A stretch of 34,486 bases of DNA from Piptocephalis cylindrospora. Its lineage: Eukaryota. Both the position numbers and the translations under genes were made by a program. This document shows positions 30,949-34,486 of this stretch, in pieces. A model generated the notes under the pieces. That model did not search any database, was not told the origin of the DNA, and was given only the letters and a program-made list of their open reading frames with translations. Every line of letters starts with the position of its first letter. The first letter of the stretch is position 1. The stretch is taken from contig KZ987739.1 in the NCBI GenBank assembly GCA_003614145.1, forward strand, positions 1 through 34,486, read 5' to 3'.

Positions 30949-33900
30949 ATGTCCGCTCGAGATCATTTGCTACACGCCCTGGGCGAGATCACCTCCCAGC
31001 AACCGGAACGACTCAAGGCAGCCGAGGCCAACCTTCGTCTCTGGGAGGTCGAGCCCCAGTTCTACCCGACGGTCCAGGTGAGTGGCGCTGCCGTTCTGTT
31101 TAACTGCGTAGACTTCCCTTTAAAATGACCCATTTACCTACTCACCTATCCTATCCTACCCTCTGAATCTGACAGTCCATCTTCCGTGACACTTCCCTGG
31201 ATCACGCCGTACGATGGGCCGCGGTCATTTACTTAAAGAATGGCGTGGATAAACATTGGAGGCGTACCACCAAAAAGTAAGCTGTGTTTTCGGTCACTTA
31301 TCGTTTATGCGTCTTACCTCCTTCTTCATCTTCCCCCCTAGTGCCATATCTCCCGAGGAAAAAGCATCTATCCGGGCTGGGTGTTTGGATGCCATGACTG
31401 AACCGGACAATAAGGTCAGTATCTCTTTCCCTTCTCCATTATGAATAGCCTGCTGATACCTCTTCTTCTCATTAGCTTTCCCTTCAAAATTCTGTCATCA
31501 TCTCCCGGATTGCCCGGTTGGATTTTCCAGTTGATTGGTTCGTCCTTTTTGCCTTATCGCCCTATTATCCTGAACAAAAGACTGATACTGCCTTGTTCCA
31601 TACTCTAGGCCCGATGTTTTTCAACATCTTCACTCGGTTATCCAATCCCTTTCTCCTCCTGCCCCCTCTGAGGCGAACAATACCTCCGCTTCGGTCCCTC
31701 TTCCTTCCCCTCTCCTAGCCCATTCCGTCTATACCTTGCACTTGACTATCAAAGCCGTGTGCTCAAAGACCCTAGGACCCGCCAGAAAGTCACTGCAAGC
31801 AGTAGCGCCGCCTCTGCTGGAGACCCTGTCAGTCCTGTTCACCCGGACTTGCTCCACCTGGATGAACCTTCTTGCCTCCTTCTCTTACCTCAACTCCACC
31901 CCTTCCAATCTTCTCATCCACATGAATGTTTCTCTCATGGCTCTTCGGTGTTTACGACGCTTGGGCGCCCACGGAAATAAGGATCTGAATCCGCCGCCCC
32001 CGTCCATTGCCCTTCTTATCAGTCAGGGAGCGCAGTATCTGGCAAGGTGGTTGGATCTTCGGTCCCATCCTTCCCTTGCCCTCAACACGCCGTCCCCTTT
32101 ACCCCATTCCCTGCTCCTCGATATTCAAGAGCATCTGTTGAAGCACGCCGTCCTGCTGGTTAAGTGCCATGCTGACCTTCAAGATCATCATCCCGTGGAC
32201 TTTGCTCGCGCTCACAACGCTTTTCCCCTGCTTCATGGATATTGGTCTATCATTGTAGTCCGGGAAGCCAGCAGGCTTCCTGATGCCTCTCCCTCTTCCT
32301 ACCCTCCAGTGGCAGAGAAGTTAATGGTGAATGCCATGAACCTCCTTCGTTCTATGGCGACCTCCCCCCAATATACTCCTCCTGGGGGGACAACGGGGGA
32401 TTCGACCGATCCTTCCGGGCCCATTTCTTGTCGTGCCCTCATTGATACCAGTCTATTTACCCCACCCTTCCTCCACGATCTCCTCTCCACCCTGCTGATC
32501 AGGATCATGCCCCTGACTCATCGGGATGTCGCTGTATGGACGGCGGACCCGGAAGGATGGTTCCAGGAGGAGGCGGCCAATGATTATGAGCATCGGGTCC
32601 GGCCCTGTGCCCAGCGCCTCCTCCATGACCTCCTTACCAGATACCTCGAGCATATCCGACCCCCACTCATGGAACTTTGGGGAAATAGTCTGCAGGGTGA
32701 TCCACGGACTGCGGGCAACCCATTGATCCGGGATGCAGTGTGGTGGGCCGTGGGTCAAGCGGCTCATGAGCTGGCGGGTCAAGTGGACTTTACGGCCTGG
32801 GCCTCCTCTCTCCTCCTCCCCCTTCTACGAGGACCCGGTGATGCGGATGTGACGAGACTTCTCAAGCGTCGGTCCGCCTGGCTACTCGGGGAGTGGGCAG
32901 GCCTAGGAATTCCTCGGGAGTATCTTCCTGTGGTCTACTCCACCTTGCTGGAGGGAGCCATCGCCCCTGGGGAGGATGTAGTGGTGAGGCTGGTCGGAGC
33001 TCAATCCTTCCGGGAGTGTCTGGAGGCCTGGGGATTCGAACGATCGGATCTAGTAGCCCATGGGAATATGCTCCCTCGGGCCGTTCAGCTACTCGCCGGG
33101 ATGCTGAGTCATGAGGGCCAAGGAGTGGAGGAGGCAGAGTCATATCAGATTGTCCTTGGGACCTTGACTATCCTGATTGACCGGATGGGCACGTGGATCC
33201 GTCCATATGCCCCGGAAATCCTCCCCTTCCTCCCGGCTCTATGGGAGTCGGCCAGCCAACGGGATCTCCTCAAGGGCTCGGTTCTGACCCTTATCACACG
33301 ATTGACTTTAGTCCTTGGCCCTTTAACTCAGCCCATGGCCGAGCTCATTCTTCCCCTTGTCCGGTACAGCGTCGATTCAACAGCGGGGGAGGGGCACATT
33401 TATCTTCTGGAAGATGGCTTGGCCCTTTGGAGCGCAGGCCTACGCCAGACCCCTTCTAATGTCCCAGGGGCTGCATCCACTCAGTCTTGGGCCCCTCTAG
33501 TGGGTCTTGCGGTGAATAGGCTGGAATATGGGACAGTGGAGTTACTGGAGGTGTTGAAAATTCTGGAAAGCTACCTTCTCCTCCTTGGGGAGGAAGTCAG
33601 CGCGGAAGGGACGGGGCGCGGGCCGCTGGGCCCCCTGGGGACCGAGATGCTCACGCTCCTTGCCGGTCTCCTAGAGGGTACAACAGCCATGGCAGTCAAA
33701 GCAATCCTTTCTCTTCTTGGGATCCTTGTCCAAGTCATTCATCCTCCCGTCTGGATTCCTGCCATGGTGGAGAGTGGGATGTTACGGGCACTTATTCGTG
33801 GGGTTTTAGAGGCCAAGGTATGTCATTTTAACAATGAGAGATAGCGAAGAGCATATTGAACTCATCTTCATTCTACACCCTTATTTATTAGGAGGATCTA

Positions 33901-34486
33901 TACTTATCCCCGTACTATATAGGAATCCTCTCCAGGTTCGCCGTGGTGGATGGAGGAGCACTTTTAGAAGGGATTTCCCAGGTAGCCTCCTCCATTTCTG
34001 TCCCATCAGCTCCCATAGCCCTGGGAGGTGGTGGAGCTGAGGAAGTAGTGCTTAAGGGCTTGACACATCTCTGGGTAGAGCGGAGTGAATGTGCCTCTAC
34101 ACCCTCCCAGAGGAAGTTGATGAGCATGGGTCTTGCGGGCCTTGTGGGGACTGGGGATCATCGAGTCCTTTCGGCGCTTCCAGCCATTCTCGGAGTATGG
34201 ACTGGAGTTCTCGCGGAAGTTCAGGAAGGGGAGGGAGGAGAGTAAGTATTATTATTTGGAAAGGAAAGGAAGGTACGTGATGTTATCTGACTAACTCTGA
34301 TCCCTCCTTTCCTTTCTTGGATTCACTAGTCTATTGATTTATCACAAGGGTGATGATGCGGTAAAGGGAGGGGAAGAAGCGGCGGAGAAGAAGGAGGATG
34401 AGGATGAGAGGGCAGTGGTTGGACCCGCTCCTGGTTCAGAGGAACATATTAAATTGGACTCGGAGGGGGAGCACATCAGTGAAAAG
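30949..34486 (+). CDS. KAP120: Importin-11/Kap120 karyopherin-beta, running off the window end; exons 30949-31077, 31176-31276, 31342-31414, 31476-31537, 31609-33817, 33892-34241, 34330->34486
   Basis: IBN_N domain LKAAEANLRLWEVEPQFY, RWAAVIYLKNGVDKHWRR, ISRIARLDFPVDWPD, WTADPEGWFQEE, RPCAQRL, LKRRSAWLLGEW, YLLEDGLALW. Confidence 0.93.

Noticed and set aside
355..34486. Whole window as a functional or biosynthetic gene cluster
   Set aside because: Genes belong to unrelated pathways and no backbone enzyme (PKS, NRPS, terpene synthase) is present; only the LPMO pair is clearly linked
1..34486. tRNA, rRNA, snRNA, CRISPR arrays, mobile elements
   Set aside because: No cloverleaf with T-loop consensus, rRNA/snRNA signature, regular repeat-spacer array or TE coding motif recognised by eye; a covariance-model scan is needed to exclude divergent ncRNAs

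Overview
Gene-dense eukaryotic DNA, almost certainly fungal. Introns are short GT-AG introns, mostly about 60-120 nt, and UTRs are pyrimidine-rich. Gene content suggests an early-diverging lineage, plausibly Zoopagomycota such as a Piptocephalis-type mycoparasite; this is inference only. I could reconstruct 17 protein-coding genes, most with manually phased exons: BNA1, a Ser/Pro-rich protein with a putative cryptic histone fold, a CASTOR-like ACT protein, two tandem secreted AA11-like LPMO paralogs, UGP1, RPC4/RPC53, METTL22-like, a two-finger GATA factor, PET100 (not recognisable in the ORF track), a small secreted protein, DOHH/LIA1, PEX2, RRP41, NR2C2AP-like and a 3'-truncated importin-11/KAP120, plus one weak hypothetical. 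No rRNA, tRNA, CRISPR array or transposon was recognised. The most interesting signals are: the His-brace LPMO pair with Phe at the usual axial-Tyr position; the CASTOR homolog that keeps the GATOR2-binding YQxD motif but has Ala at the arginine-binding Asp304 position; the H2B/H2A-like fold in an orphan protein; and the double-length, hairpin-rich introns of PET100.
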